Shown here in pieces: positions 11,664 through 24,811 of a stretch of 64,000 bases of DNA. The first letter of the stretch is position 1. The number at the start of each line of letters is the position of its first letter. Under the pieces are notes generated by a model, which was not told where the DNA came from, made no database searches, and saw only the letters and a list, made by a program, of their open reading frames with translations. The translations under genes and the position numbers were made by a program. This stretch comes from Moniliella sp. 'wahieum' (lineage: Eukaryota): assembly GCA_003971905.1 (NCBI GenBank), contig RSEE01000031.1, positions 248,001 through 312,000 on the forward strand, in the 5' to 3' direction.

Positions 11664-13618
11664 ATGAACTCTCTCCGCCTCCTCGACCGCCTCCTCGCCC
11701 CGCTGCTCCCCCTCCCCCTCGCCCACCAGCCCCCGTACCCGCCCCAGCCGTCCCTCTCGCCGCCCCCCCCACCCCCCCGCCTCTGGTCCGCCAGCGCATG
11801 GCCCAGCAGCACCAACAGCCCCGGTCTCTCCTCCGACTCGGCCTCCTCCTCCTGGCGTCGCCGCCGCCGCCGCTTTGGGCGAGCAGCCCCAGAGACCAGC
11901 CGCTTCCGCCGTCGCTGGGCTCGCCTCTGGGGCTTTGAATGGCCCGACCGTCTGGCAGGACAGCCACCACAGGGAGGTGCCGATCCAGCCGCTCCACCGA
12001 CCCCTATCCCTCCTCCCCCGCCCCCTCATTGCTCGCCGGCCCCATCCTCCCGTCCGCTTCCGCCTCCGCCTCCGCCTCCGTCTCCTCTGCCCCCTGTGCC
12101 CATCCCATCCGACCGCCACTGGGCCCACCAACGGTAGCAACCGCACCATGTCCTCCCCCCGCGGCCATCCCGGAGTCAGCCCAAGAAACGCTCGAGGACA
12201 TTGACATGTGCCATCTCCCTGCTCGGAAGCATGATGACAACCAAACCTTGGTCTCGTCGCGCTCGTCGGGGTCGGACCAACTGTCACTCTGTGAGACGCT
12301 GGTTGCGTCCGAATCTGCGCGCCGAGAAGGGACGAGATGAGGATGCTTCCCCGTCCCAAGTCGAGGTAGTGCATGGGACGCCAGCGCCGCTCCGATTGCC
12401 AAATGCTGCTTGCGTATTGCTTGTACCTCCCGCTTCATCCGGAGCACCCATCGTCACTCGTACGGCCGCTGAGGTGGTGGTGAACGAGAAGACGTTGCCC
12501 ACGCCCTCTTGCATTACACAAGTCTCTTCCGATCTGCAGGCCCAGCTTGCCCGCCTTGTGCGCCTGGTCGTCTTGCTCCTTCAAGCTGTGATGCAGTTCC
12601 TCAAGCGCCTGGCCGCTGGTTTTGCAGTCGATGCAGAGAAACAAGAGACGCCAACACAAGCGCTGCATCCAGAGGAGGACAAGACGCTGCCTTCTCGTCG
12701 GGAGACCTTACGCCTTCCAAACCTTTGGCCCGTATTGACCGAGGCACCGGCGCGATGCCCCTCCGCGCTCGCCGTCCTCCTGGATCAGAGACAGTTTGTC
12801 GTGCTCCGGTCAAGGCGCCCGTGGTCGACTCGACTCCCAAGACATTGGTGTTGGACCTGGACGAGACGTTGATCCATTCGATTGCCCGTTCAACCAGTCG
12901 CGACCACCCCAGCAGCTCGTTTGGCTTGGGCAGTGCGTTGGCCGTACCTCGACGCATGTTTGGCTCGGGGCTGGCCACACTTGGTTTGGGCCCCAGCCAA
13001 GCCCCTGGGTTCTCCAGCTTTGGTGGTGGTACGACCAGTGTGGAGGTGATGCTAGGCGGGCGGAGTGTGGTGTACACGGTCCACAAGCGGCCTGGCGTGG
13101 ACGCCTTTTTGGCCCAGGTGGCGGAATGGTACAGTGTAGTGGTGTTTACAGCGTCGGTGCGAGAATATGCGGACCCCGTGATTGATTGGCTCGATGCAGG
13201 ACGCGGCTTGTTCCAAGGCCGTCTCTTCCGCGAATCGTGCATCTACAAAAATGGGGTCTACATTAAAGATCTTTCGGCGGTGGTGCGCGACTGTGGGGGC
13301 AGCAAGGCACCCAGCAGTCCCGAGAACGATCCGCTGCGGCGCGTGTGTCTGTTGGACAACAGTCCCGTATCCTGGCGCTTGCACCCAGCCAATGGGATCC
13401 CCATCGAAGGTTGGACCCACGATCCTCATGACACGGCGTTGCTAGATCTGCTACCGGTCTTGGACTCGCTGCGGTTCTGTGACGACGTGCGACACGTGCT
13501 CGGGATCCGTCTTTTGGCTAATGCCAACCCCCCCGCCCCGCGACCCACCTCCGCCGCGTCGGCCCGCCGTGCCGATACTGAAAAGGTAGCCCAGTCAACA
13601 GCCATCAAGGCACAGTAA
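11664..13618 (+). CDS. NEM1: Nem1-like HAD/FCP1-homology (NIF) protein phosphatase
   Basis: Catalytic KTLVLDLDETLIHS, VHKRPGVDAFL, VVFTASVREYADPVIDWLD, RLFRESC, YIKDLS, LLDNSP, NGIPIEGW, DTALLDLLPVLDSL; upstream hydrophobic stretch LARLVRLVVLLLQAVMQFL; N-terminus frameshifted. Confidence 0.82.
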
Positions 13619-15360
13619 TCTTTTCTTCACTGTGCGCTTGCCAGCTCGAATGCAAACGCGATGACCATCGTGACGGATCCCCCTCTTATCCACCCCCCCC
13701 CCCCTACTCCGTACACCTTACCCACATCCCTCTTTCTGCCTCGGCGCGATTGGCGTCACCGTGTGCGCACTTCCCCTCAGGACACATGTATTCAACACAG
13801 GAGTGGATGCTGCTCATCCACCTTACTCCTTCTTTCCTTCCATCTCCTTTCCTTTCCTCTCCTTTCCTTCCTCTCTTTTGCCCTCTCTGTCCTACTCTCC
13901 TGCGGCTCATCCTGCCCCTCCTGGTTTGGCAACTATATTTACCGTGTTTCCCCACACGCACCCTTTCTTTTCCCTGCCCTTTCTGCGTGGTGTGGTGGCT
14001 ATAGCAGGGACGGGATGGATGGGATGGGATGGTGAGGTGGGCACTGAGCTCGAGCCAGCTCGGTCCCGCGCTCCATGCCCGGCTTTTTTTTTCTTTCTTT
14101 CTTTCTTTCTTCGTGTTGATGTTGATGTTGACGTTGAGCTTGTATAGAGGTTGCAGCACGGAACGGCCGTTGTACTGGCACGAGGTTTACGGCGATGGAA
14201 ATCGGGTCGCCTGTCCTGTACAATGATGGCTCGACCAAGCAGATGGGTAGAAGGTGGGCCTGCGTGGTACAGGGACACACGATGCTCACGACCGGTGCCA
14301 CCCGGCTGGGCCGAGTGGGGACAGAACGACGGTTCAGCCCGGCAACAGCTTTTGGCCCACGAGCGAACGCTGGGACGTGGTATCTGCGCTTATGTACGGT
14401 CCGCCTCCGACAGTCGACTGCGACTGGCTCAGCACACAAGAAACAGGGGCGTTGTACCCCCAATTCGACTTACCTTGTCAAAAGGCAATGATGTGTTGAA
14501 TCGGATCTTCCTGCCTTGTGACTTGGCGAACCCGAGGGGGAGGGAAATGGGATGAGAAACGTAGGTGTATATCACATTCACTACAGCGGCCACTGGGAAC
14601 TGGGCAACTTGGACCTTTTGCGCCAGGTCCGTCGTCCCGGCCCTGACTCTGCTTTGGACCCTGCAGCGCTCTTCTCAACTCGTATTGGGACGCAATGACC
14701 TACTCGTAGGAGAGGAGCACTTGCATTCAGGAAGTTATACGTTGATCCTTCCTCACGCTGCTCCCGCGTTTATCATAGACGCCCGGCACCGAGTCTTATG
14801 TCCCTCTATGCCATTCCGACATCAGATGTTCGCCTTCTCCGGTCCCATTCCGAATCCACTATCCGTTCTCATTCTTTTCGCGCCTTCAATTCCCATCCCC
14901 CTTCAGCGTGTGAGACTTTGGCGTGCCCAAGCGCCCACTGAGGCAATGCCGATAACGGATACCCCGCACCCCGCGTCTGCTCGATGTGATTCCAGTAGTT
15001 CAGGATTCCCCCCGCCGTGCCGGTCTCGGGACCAATACTTAAAAATCGCGCAAATTGTACCATCGTATACACCTGACTTTCCACCTCTCTGTGGATCGTC
15101 GATATCTGCGTGGTGGTCATATGGTCCAGTGGGACGCTCGCTGGACTGCCCCCTCCCTTCCTCAATTCATCCTGATCCGTTGAAGGGCACAACGCCTTGA
15201 ACGCGGATATGCAGCATGCGCACGCCAACGCTCCTCTCCGCGCAATCTCTACCGTGGGTCCGGCCATGTGACGACAAAGCAGGAACCCTCTCTCGGCAAG
15301 AGACGCCGGGACGGGCAGCGCGGCCTGTCCCACCGGTCGCACAGGGTGCTAGGACCCCTT

Positions 15361-15921
15361 CTAGTCGTACACGTGCACCACAGCCGACCAAAAAGTCCAC
15401 CAAAGCACGTAGGACAAAAAGTTGTCAAACAAGCCATCGAGGAGCACAAACTTGCCCCAGTTCCAAGTTTGCGTCGCAACACCGGGTGGCACGGCGGCCA
15501 AACCTTGGACCAGGTTGGCCGCTGCGTTGACTTTAACGCGCACCCCGTCCCATTGAACCGAGGCGGGATCCAATAGGTAGGCAGAGGGGTGTGCTTGGGC
15601 CGAAAGTAGGATGATCGATACTGAGACAGCCAGTTGGGCGACGAGGAAGAACGCAAACCCAGCCCAGTTGGTCAACCCCAGTACGCCCGCAGCCGACCCG
15701 GCAGCCAGTAGCGAGACTTGGCGAACGCTGTCGCCACGCGCAAGAAGGATGGATGAGCAAGCGAGAAGCAAAACGCGGGGGGAGAGGCGGGGGAAGAGCG
15801 TACAAGGAGAGTTGGCTTGCGTTGTGAGCCACCGCCTGGGGTTGAACGCACGGAAGGGAGAGTCAAAGATGGCAGCTGGAGTGCCGGCCTGGTTCGGGCT
15901 GGGATCAGCGGCGGTGGCCAT
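15361..15921 (-). CDS. EMC6: ER membrane protein complex subunit 6; intron 15728-15803; one homopolymer frameshift at ~15838
   Basis: AVAHNASQLS|F-VRQVSLLAAGSAAGVLGLTNWAGFAFF ... LFDNFLSYVLWWTFWSAVVHVYD* matches the EMC6/Rab5ip family; intron GTACGC...CAG on the minus strand. Confidence 0.88.
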   Translation of the reverse strand: MATAADPSPNQAGTPAAIFDSPFRAFNPRRWLTTQANSPCTLFPRLSPRVLLLACSSILLARGDSVRQVSLLAAGSAAGVLGLTNWAGFAFFLVAQLAVSVSIILLSAQAHPSAYLLDPASVQWDGVRVKVNAAANLVQGLAAVPPGVATQTWNWGKFVLLDGLFDNFLSYVLWWTFWSAVVHVYD

Positions 15922-16262
15922 CGCGGCACTGGGCACGGGAGGACTAGGCGGGGGGGCGGCACAAGCGAAGCGTATTGAAGAGTGGAGCTAGTGACTATGG
16001 TGAGAGGGCGCGTGGCGGAGCGGTGTGGCGCAAAGGGGGCGGATGCGCTAAAAACGTTGAACGTTCAACTTGAATCTCCCGGCTTCAACATCGGGGTTTT
16101 GAAATGTCGAATCCCTCAAATGTTCGCTGTGCGGCGCGGAACGAACCCCCCGTCTCTTCCGCCCGCCAGCCCAAAAATTACCTGGGCCCACGCCCGCCAG
16201 GGCTGGTTTGGCGCTCGCAACGAGTCACGACGAACCTGACCTGAGCCGTGGGGACGCACATC

Positions 16263-17913
16263 ATGCCCGAGCCGCTTGCTACGCCTCCCCCCGACAAGCC
16301 TTCTGCATCGCCTGCCCCCACCTCCCCCCCCGCTGCCTCAGGAGACGCGCCCAAGCGCCTCAGCAAGAAAGAGCGCCGGGCAGTCAAAACGCAGGCGGCC
16401 AACGGGGGAGCCCAGCCAGACAAGCCCCGCTTCCGCCCGGACGGCACACGCATCCTCAGTCGCAAAGAGCGCATCGCTGCTGACGAAGCTTCCGCTTCAG
16501 CTCGGGAAGGGAATCCCAATGCTTCTTCTTCCGTCGGCGGTGGGGCTGGAGCGGGGGCGGGGGCTGGAGCTGGGACTGGGACTGGAGCGGCAGCCAACAG
16601 GCCCTCGACCTCCACTGGTTCTGCTTCGGGCGCCCTACCGGCCACTGCATCGAGCACCTCTGGGCCGGCTGCCTCTTCTGGTGCGACCTCTTTGCCTGTC
16701 GGGTCGGGCGCACGAGGTTCGGCTGCCCCGCCGGCGCGCAAGGTGGGCCCGGCGGAACAATGGTCGCTCTCGATGCTGAGCAATGTCGCGCGCCCCAAGC
16801 CGGATGGGCGGGAAAGAGGGGTGTTGAAACAGTTGGTGCCGCACGTGCGGTACCACACGAGCATCATCCTGCTCCGTGACCGGCTGGATCCCAACAATGC
16901 CGGTAACGAAGCAATGGGCAATGTGCATGCCGCTCTCAATGGCTCGAATTTGCGTGCGATCGCCGTGTTGGAGGCGATGAAGGAGATGATCCGAGACTAC
17001 CGCACGCCCCCCAAGACCCTCTTTAGCCGGACATTGATTGTGGCGGTGGGTGCGGCAATTGACTTTTTGACCGAGGTCCGGCCAATGGGCATCAGCGTGG
17101 CCAACTCGATTCGGTTCCTCAAGGCGCAGATCAGTGTGCTGGACCGGGACTTTAGCGACGAGCAGTCCAAGCAATCCCTCTTCCGTACTATTGACGGCTT
17201 CATTCGCGAGCGCATTGTGGTGCCGCAAAAGGTGATTACGCGTCTGTTGGCGCAGAAGGTTAAGCCGGGGGCGACGGTGCTGGTGTACGGACACTCTACG
17301 ACGGTGGAGCAGGCGTTGCTACGGATCCATGCGCGCCAACGTGCCGAGGGTACGGCGCTCAAGGTGATCGTGGTTGAGTCGGGCCCGCCGATGCACCAGT
17401 CGAAGGACTTTGTCACGCTCCTGCACAAGGCCGGGGTGGAGGAGGTGACGTACGGCCACCTGTCGGCGCTGACGCGGCTGATGCCGCGGGCGGACATGGC
17501 TGCTGGGGACGGCGGGGGTGCTGGCGGACGGGTCGCTGTATGGGCGGGCGGGGACGAGCATGGTGGCGATGTGTGGGCACAAGTGGGAGAAGCCGGTGTA
17601 TGCGGCGTGCGAGACGTACAAGTTCAGCGAGCGGCTGCAGATGGATGCGCTGGTGGAGAACGAGGGAGGGGAACGAGGACGAGTTCCTGCGAGGGGGTGG
17701 GCAAGTGGGCGGTGTCGCAGGCGTTGCGGACCAGGGGGGGTGCTGCTGTCGCGCGGAGCCAAGGCGGCGCACCCGCACCTGTACACGCTGGCACTGCGGT
17801 ACGACATTACGCCGCCGGAGTTTGTGTCGGCGATTGTGTGCGAGGCGGCTTCTTCCAGCCCGAGCGCGCCGTCGATTATGCGCGACTACAAGAGCATTCT
17901 GTTTGGGGCGTGA
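16263..17913 (+). CDS. GCD2: Translation initiation factor eIF2B delta subunit
   Basis: GSNLRAIAVLEAMKEMIRDYRTPP, RPMGISVANSIRFLKAQIS, VLVYGHSTTVEQ, LADGSLYGRAGTSMVAM, CETYKFSERLQMD, LRYDITPPEFV; long low-complexity N-terminus typical of the delta subunit. Confidence 0.9.
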
Positions 17914-18186
17914 GTACTGAGTGCCTCTGCTCTCGCGCACAGCCGGCGTAAGCTTTGACGAGTGAATGAATTATCTCCCCTGGCAGAATTGCAATGTTGC
18001 ATTCCATAGCGAATGCCGCCTGCTGAGCTCAGCCGTGCCCCCCGTGCAGCAGACGCATACACTGACGTAAGCGTCCGTGAACGTTCAGCGCCAGCTCAGC
18101 TGAGCAGCCGAACTGAATGCCACGCTCCGCCGCCCGCCTCAGGCCACACACGGCCCCAGCAGCACCTCCTCCTCCCCCCCCCCAGC

Positions 18187-20817
18187 ATGCCGCGCCTCGG
18201 CAGCTGGAACCCCGCCAAGGCCGCCGCTGCCGCCCGCCCCGACGCCCCCGCCGCCCCCCACGGCCATGTCGCCGCGGTCCCCGTGCACGAAGCCGGCGCC
18301 GCCGCGCTGGCGGCGTTTGCCGCGCCTGGTGCGGCGCCTCGCGCACCGCCTCCCCACCCCCGCCAGCCTCCCCGGCTCCCCCGTCGCCTCCGACACGCCC
18401 GACAGCACCCGCCTCGCCTCCTCCCCCACATGATGCCCGCCGCCCCCCTCCCCCGCGCCCGCAGGCACCTCCCCGCCACATCCGCCGCCCGCCGGCCCCC
18501 ACCACGCCGCCTCCCACTCCTCGTTCTTCAAGCGCCGTGCCAACACCGACACCCCGCGCTCGCCCGTCCCTGGCACGCCGCCCTCGGCCTCGGGGCCCAC
18601 CAGCCCCGCCCCCCCCTCCCGCCCCGTCAATAAGCGCGCCTCCTCCATGGCCCTGCGCAACCCCCAGCCCGACCCGTCCGACGGCGGCCACGCTGCCTCG
18701 GGCCCGGCGGCACCCAAGCGCGACAAGGAAGGCGGCCATCTGGTCAACGACCTTCGCCGCGTGCGTTGCTCTCTCTTCTGTTGGCGGTGCTGACCCGTTG
18801 GATCGTGTATCCAGTACCCGACTAACCGCCCCATCTTTGTCTGTTCTCTCTCTGCAGTTCCTCTACCACCACCTGCACGTTAATGACAAGTCCGGCCCTG
18901 GATCCAAGTCTGGTGCCGCGACGCCACGACGCGGCCGCGACAGCCCACCTTTGGGAGAGGACCGTGCGCATATGAAGAAGTACGGCAAGTGGGGCAAAGT
19001 GTTGGGAAGCGGGGCCGGAGGTACCGTGCGACTGATCAAACGCTCCAAAGACAATACCGTCTTTGCCGTCAAGGAGTTCCGCCCCATCCGGCCTGGTGAG
19101 AGCGAGAAGGATTACCTCAAAAAGGTCACTGCTGAATTCTGCATTGGCTCCACCTTGGCCCACATCAACATTATTGGTTGTCTGGATATTGTGTCGGATC
19201 GGGGCCACTACTATGAGGTGATGGAGTATGCACCGTTCGATCTCTTCTCGGTCGTGATGAGCGGCAAAATGTGTCGCAAAGAACTGTACTGCATCTTTCG
19301 CCAGATTGTCGATGGTGTGGATTACTTGCACAACATGGGGCTCGCCCACCGCGACCTGAAACTGGACAATTGCGTCATGACCACCGACAACATTGTCAAG
19401 ATCATTGACTTTGGCACCGCCACCGTCTTCCACTCCCCGGGCAAGGCCAAGGTGGTCGCAACCGGCGTCGTAGGTTCCGACCCTTACCTCGCCCCCGAGG
19501 TGTTGAGCCACCAAACCTACGACCCCCGCTTGACCGACGTTTGGTCGTTGGGGATCATCTTTTTGTGCATGGTGCTGCGTCGGTTCCCATGGAAGATCCC
19601 CGATCCCAAGACCGATCCGTCTTTCGTCTCTACGTCCAGAGCCACCCCGAGCTCAACCGTCCCGACCCGGACCCCGCGTCCAACTCAGGCTCAAACTCAG
19701 GGACGGGGACCAGCACGCCCGCCGTGTCCCACACGCCGCCGCAGAGCAAGAACGACGTCCACCTGCAACCGCTTACCCCGGCCACGGTACCAAATGCCCT
19801 TCATCACCACCCTAGCGCTGAGCATGCTTCTGAACCCGAACCGGAACCCGAGACCGAGGCCGACTCGGACGCTGATCCCGCGCTGTCCTCCAGCCCGGCC
19901 ATGAGTGCCGACAAGCAGTTTGGCCCGCCCAACGCGCACGCTCTTCCCCGACCAGGGAACAGCGGGGTGCTGACCATCCTCGAGCGCACTGCCAGTGGCG
20001 TGTTACCCAGCCAGAACCCTTCGGTGGCCACCTTGTCCCGTCCGCCTTCTCCGCGCGCCAACGCCCATCCGCATGCCCATCACGCTGTCCCGCATATCCG
20101 TACCGCCCAGGAAGCCGGGTACACTGTGACGGATTCTGCGCCGCCGTCGCGTGCGCGCACGCCGGAGCCCGTTTCGCACCCGGCCTCAGCTTCGGTCTCG
20201 GCTTCGGACGCCACTGGCCATTCGGCTATCTGGGAACAGAAGGAGGCTGAGAACGCGTCACCAGCTGGAAGTGAGAAAAAGGGATCGGAGGAAGAGGAGA
20301 AAGGGGAGACGGAAGCCAGCGCCGAAGGACAGGACGATCCGAGTGGACGGAGCGAGACGACGTACAAGTCGGGTGCGGCCGATAGCATTTTCCGTCTGTT
20401 GCCGCGCGAATCGCGCAGTGCGTTGAGTCGCATGTTGGCCATCGCGCCCAGTTTGCGTTGCACGCTCGGGGACTTGTTGCGCGGCCACAAGCATGCGGAC
20501 ATGTACTCGCCACTGGCGTTGCCTACCACGGCCAAGGGCGGGCATGCGCACGGAGCTTCAACACCCATCTCGACGCCGTCCAACTCGGTGTTAGCCCACC
20601 CCGGTACGGGGCTGGCTTCGTCGCTTGCGTACCCGGACTTGCATGCGCTCGCGTGGGATGACGACGAGGAGGAGGACACGGGCGACGCATGGCTCAAGTC
20701 GATTCGCACCTGTGCCATGCTCAAGGTCGAAGGCAAGGGGAGGTGCCGGACCACACGCATGTCCAGCCCAGCTTGGACGATGGTAAGAAGAAGCATGGAC
20801 TCTTCCATCGTGGCTAG
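18187..20817 (+). CDS. HAL-family (Sat4/Hal4/Hrk1-like) Ser/Thr protein kinase; intron 18761-18857
   Basis: [77 protein letters not shown]; the domain resumes after a long insert at [18 protein letters not shown]. Confidence 0.88.
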
Positions 20818-21290
20818 GCTGGGCTGCGCTCTGCTCCGCCAGGCGCGACTAGGTTGTGCTAGGCGGACGCTACGTCGGTGCGGGTCGGCTGGCGCGGCAA
20901 GCTTGAGCCTGAAGAGGGGACTTGAGTACTTCTACTTGATGTGTGTTTAGTTTTTTTGCCCAACTATCCTATTTGCAAAGACGAAGACTAAGACTTGCTA
21001 GATCATCAAGTGCCAGCGCCTAGAGCCCCCAGAAGGGGGGCGGGTACATTGCAACGGATAAAACAGAGATGAGAAAAAAGTTTCTTGAGGAAGGAGACGG
21101 TTCAATTGTCTGGGCAGTAGGAGGCGATGGACCAAAATCTGGATGGGACTCGACTCGAGACGGTGGGGAGGCGGGTGGGTGGCGCGGAAGCAAACGGAAA
21201 GGAGCCGGAGAAAAGGAGGACCTAGGTGCGTGACTAAAGTGCTGGTGCGCAAAACGAAGAGCGGGGCAAGGAGAGGAAACAAGACGTATC

Positions 21291-23346
21291 CTAAAAGCGC
21301 TTGTTGCGCCGACGGTACAAGAAGAAGGCCAGCCCTGCCAACGCCAGCACGATGGGCACACCCAGCCCCACCCCAACCCCGATCCCAATCTTGGCCCCGG
21401 ACGACAAGCCGCCAGACGAGGGCCACTTGGGTTGCACACGTGTGTTGGGCGCAAGCGAAACGTAGACGGGATCTCCCAGGGCCGAGCCCGTGGCAGGATT
21501 GTTGCTGTTGGCGTCCGAGGAGGAGAGCGGGTGCCACCGTTGTTGCGAAATACGCGCGGCGACGAGACCAACAAATGGCGCATTGTAGTCCAGTGCAATC
21601 TCCGACTGGGTCCAGTCGGAGCGTTCGTCATAGTACGTGTTGTCCTTGGCTGGCCCGCCCGGTACACCGCCATATAGCACATACGCCTCCTCTGGCGGGG
21701 AGAAATTAATGTTGCCAATGTCCGTCCCCCGAGGCCATGGCCGAGTGCGGGTTGCGCGGCGAGTTGGGGTGAGTACCAACGACGTACACTGCATTCATCG
21801 GGTTGAGACCAAGGAAATAGGCCACTTGTTTATCGGCAAACGACTGGTACGCTTCGGCCCGGTTGGCCATCCCCGTCCCAAAGCCCGGCTCCGAAGCAAA
21901 GCCTGCTGCAATGTCCAGCATCCACGCCGCATTCGCCGCTGGGTTCAGCGACGCACCGTCCGAGTCGCCCTTGAACCAGAGCAGACCAGTCGAGTTGCCC
22001 TCAGCCTTGGTCATGAAGGTACCTACCATCGTGCCATTGACAATCTCATCCAAGTACAGCCCCAGCTGGGCTTGGTACTTGTTCGCATCAATGTTGAGCG
22101 CCGAGTTGTACGCAGCAGCTTGGGTGAAGAGCAACGCCGTCGCCGGGTCCTTTTGGTCCCAGTTGAGCGGACCGGTGAGGCGGCCTTGGATAGAGTTGGA
22201 CGACTGCTGCAGCATTTGGTCAAAGTAGCCCGACGCAGCCGACGCGTACGACGCGTTGCCCGTCGAGGGCGAGCCAGAGCGCGCCCATGGTCAGCTCGTC
22301 GAGATAGTCGGTCGAGGCGTACACATTGTTCGCCTCGGGGACCGGGACTTGGTAGAGCTGTTGCGGTTGCGAGGTCGTGGCCAGGCGCCACATGTTTTCG
22401 GCTTGGTCCAACAGTTGGCTGGCATAGGTATCGTTCTTGATGCCCAGGGGGGAGGTAGTCGAAGTACCAACGTTGGCTGAAGCATTGGAGGGAAGCACGT
22501 GGCCCTGGTACAGGAACGCACCCGCCGCAAAGACGGAGGCTGCCGCGGCAAAGGCATCGGTGCCAGGTGCAGAAGCGTTCACCTGGTACGCCGGTCGGGG
22601 AGGGGATGTTGGTGTCGCCACCCCAATAATTGTCCCCATCCGGACCAAAGTTGCCTACCAGCACCCAGAGAGCATTCGGAGTAGAGGTGGCAGCCTTGGT
22701 GAGCCAGTCCAGGCCCCAGCGGAGGGTACTGTCGAGGTACTTGGTCTGGCGCGACAGAGCATAGCCATCGCCCCAGGTCGCTCCCCCCCACGCGATCGAT
22801 TGCAGCGTCCAGCACAATGGGAAGGTGGCCTTGATGAAGTCTCCCGCATCAAAGAACCCGCCTGACAAGTCGACGCCCGACAGCTGTTTCCCGTCGTCGG
22901 TCAGCGACGAGTTGCGCCACCAGACGCGGTTGTCGACGGGAGCTGGCCTGAACGTTGCACGTCGTAGAAATACAGCAGGCTACCCAATAGGTTGGCCAAC
23001 TGCGGGTTGGCCTCCGTGGCGGCAGCGGCCAAGGCGGAGGCAGGGGTGCTGATGGTGCCGTTTCCGTCGGTAGGAGGCAGCCAGACGTCGTCGGACCAGC
23101 CTCCGTAGGCAGCGCCATTCGGAGAGCCGCCATTGGAGGAGGTAGGGGGGTGTTGCCGGACGAGATGGTCTGCGCCGGCGGGGCAGCCGAGGAGGAGGCC
23201 GAGGCGCCGCTAGAACCAGTATTGCCACTACCGCTGCCGCTGCCGCTGCCACTGCCGTCCCGGTATGCAAGGGTCACGGGGGCAAGCATGGAACTGGCGA
23301 GGGCAAGCCCAAGGAGACGCCCACGCCGTGAGCGGGTGAGGCGCAT
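21291..23346 (-). CDS. Glycoside hydrolase family 9 endoglucanase with signal peptide and C-terminal TM anchor
   Basis: Signal-like MRLTRSRRGRLLGLALASSMLAPVTLA; LSGGFFDAGDFIK, YFLGLNPMNAVYVVG, NPHSA, VLYGGVPGGP, DERSDWTQSEIALDYNA; TM IGIGVGVGLGVPIVLALAGLAFFLY-RRRNKRF. Confidence 0.9.
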
Positions 23347-24811
23347 GGGGTTGGGGTGGGGGAGGGAGAGGGGGAAGGGTAGAAGGTGGTGGGTGGTGCC
23401 CAGTACGCAGAGCAACAGAAGGTAAGAAACAAAGCCCCTCCCCACACGAGCAAGCTGGGCTGGACTGGCGTTCTGCTGAGCTGAGCTCTGGCAGCAACGC
23501 GATGGGTCGGCTGGGGGCTAGTGCGGTGGCAAAGGGCAGCGCCAGAGGGCGCTGGGGCCAGCGGCCGCAAGGCCCCCCCTGCGTTGGGCCATGCGTTGGG
23601 CCACGCCTGGCTGGGCCATTGCCCCCGGGCACGGCGCCAGTGCCCCATGCGCAGGCACACACTGCACCAGGAACACTCCACGCGACGCTCTCATCGATCT
23701 CGTGTCGATCGGAGCCAACCGAAGATCGCCACTGCAGACGCACAGGGCAGTTGTGTAGAATCAGGGATCAGATGGGGCTCGCCAGGCCAGCTGCGCCCTG
23801 CGCCCTACTCCCTGTGCGAGCCAGTGCGAGCGACGCCCGTAGCTGCGCCAGTGCTGCGCCTGTCGTCGGTGCTCCACGCGCTCGTTCGTGCTGAGTACAC
23901 ACCTTCAGCGTACGTTGAGGGTAGCCTGTTCGCGCTCGCGGCTGCATTCTCGCTGCCGTCTGCTGCCGTCGGCTGCCGCTCAGCGCTTACCGCATGCATC
24001 ATGCATGCATCACCGGTCACCCACAATAGTCACTGTCATCGATATCACTCTTCGCAGTGGCTAGTTTGCACGATGCTGCATTCAATATTCAACGTTCAAC
24101 GCTTAACTTGCAACTTTCAATCTGAGCGACTTGTGGCCTACTAGCTGCCAGCCACCCAACCTGGGGGAGGCGCTTGTAGTGGCCGCTCTATAAGCGAGTA
24201 GCCACCTGCCCGTATGCATTTTGTCGTGGCCAGCTTGATCTCTCGGGCGCCTCTTCTATCCATGCAAAAGGAATGCAAGCCACCGGAAGTAGGCATGGAG
24301 CCATCGATAGGGCACGATGACAGCACATGGCTAGTAGATGCATCACAACGTAACATTATAGCCGCGCGCGCAGACAGATCTGCTTATACCTCCACACCGC
24401 CACCACCTCTTATTGCCCAGAGGAGATCATACAAGTCCCCGTCATCCCCCATCCCTCCCATCGGTCCTTCCGACGCTCTTCAGTTCATTCATCCCTCCTA
24501 CATTGCGCCTGTCGGTGCTCCCGTTGGGTCCCCCACACCCTTGTGTGACCTGATAATACGCCACAGGCAAGTCTCTGCCCACATCCTGAAGCGCATGCAT
24601 GAATGCATGCTAACCACAGCATCCTACTTTGCCACCACTATCGCTCCACCGCGCCTACATACGATCCACTATATATATGTACTTCGTTCCTCCACAGCAT
24701 CAACTCTTCGCATGTACACCCCACCCGCACTGCATCGGAGACCTCAGTATGTCCTCGTCACATTTGGTTTCTCAAGACGTTGAACAGTCAGAAGAGGAGG
24801 TGAATAGGGCC

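Noticed and set aside
14000..15340. ORFs such as 14565-15200 between NEM1 and EMC6
   Set aside because: No domain similarity recognised; probably convergent 3' UTR or intergenic DNA with simple repeats.
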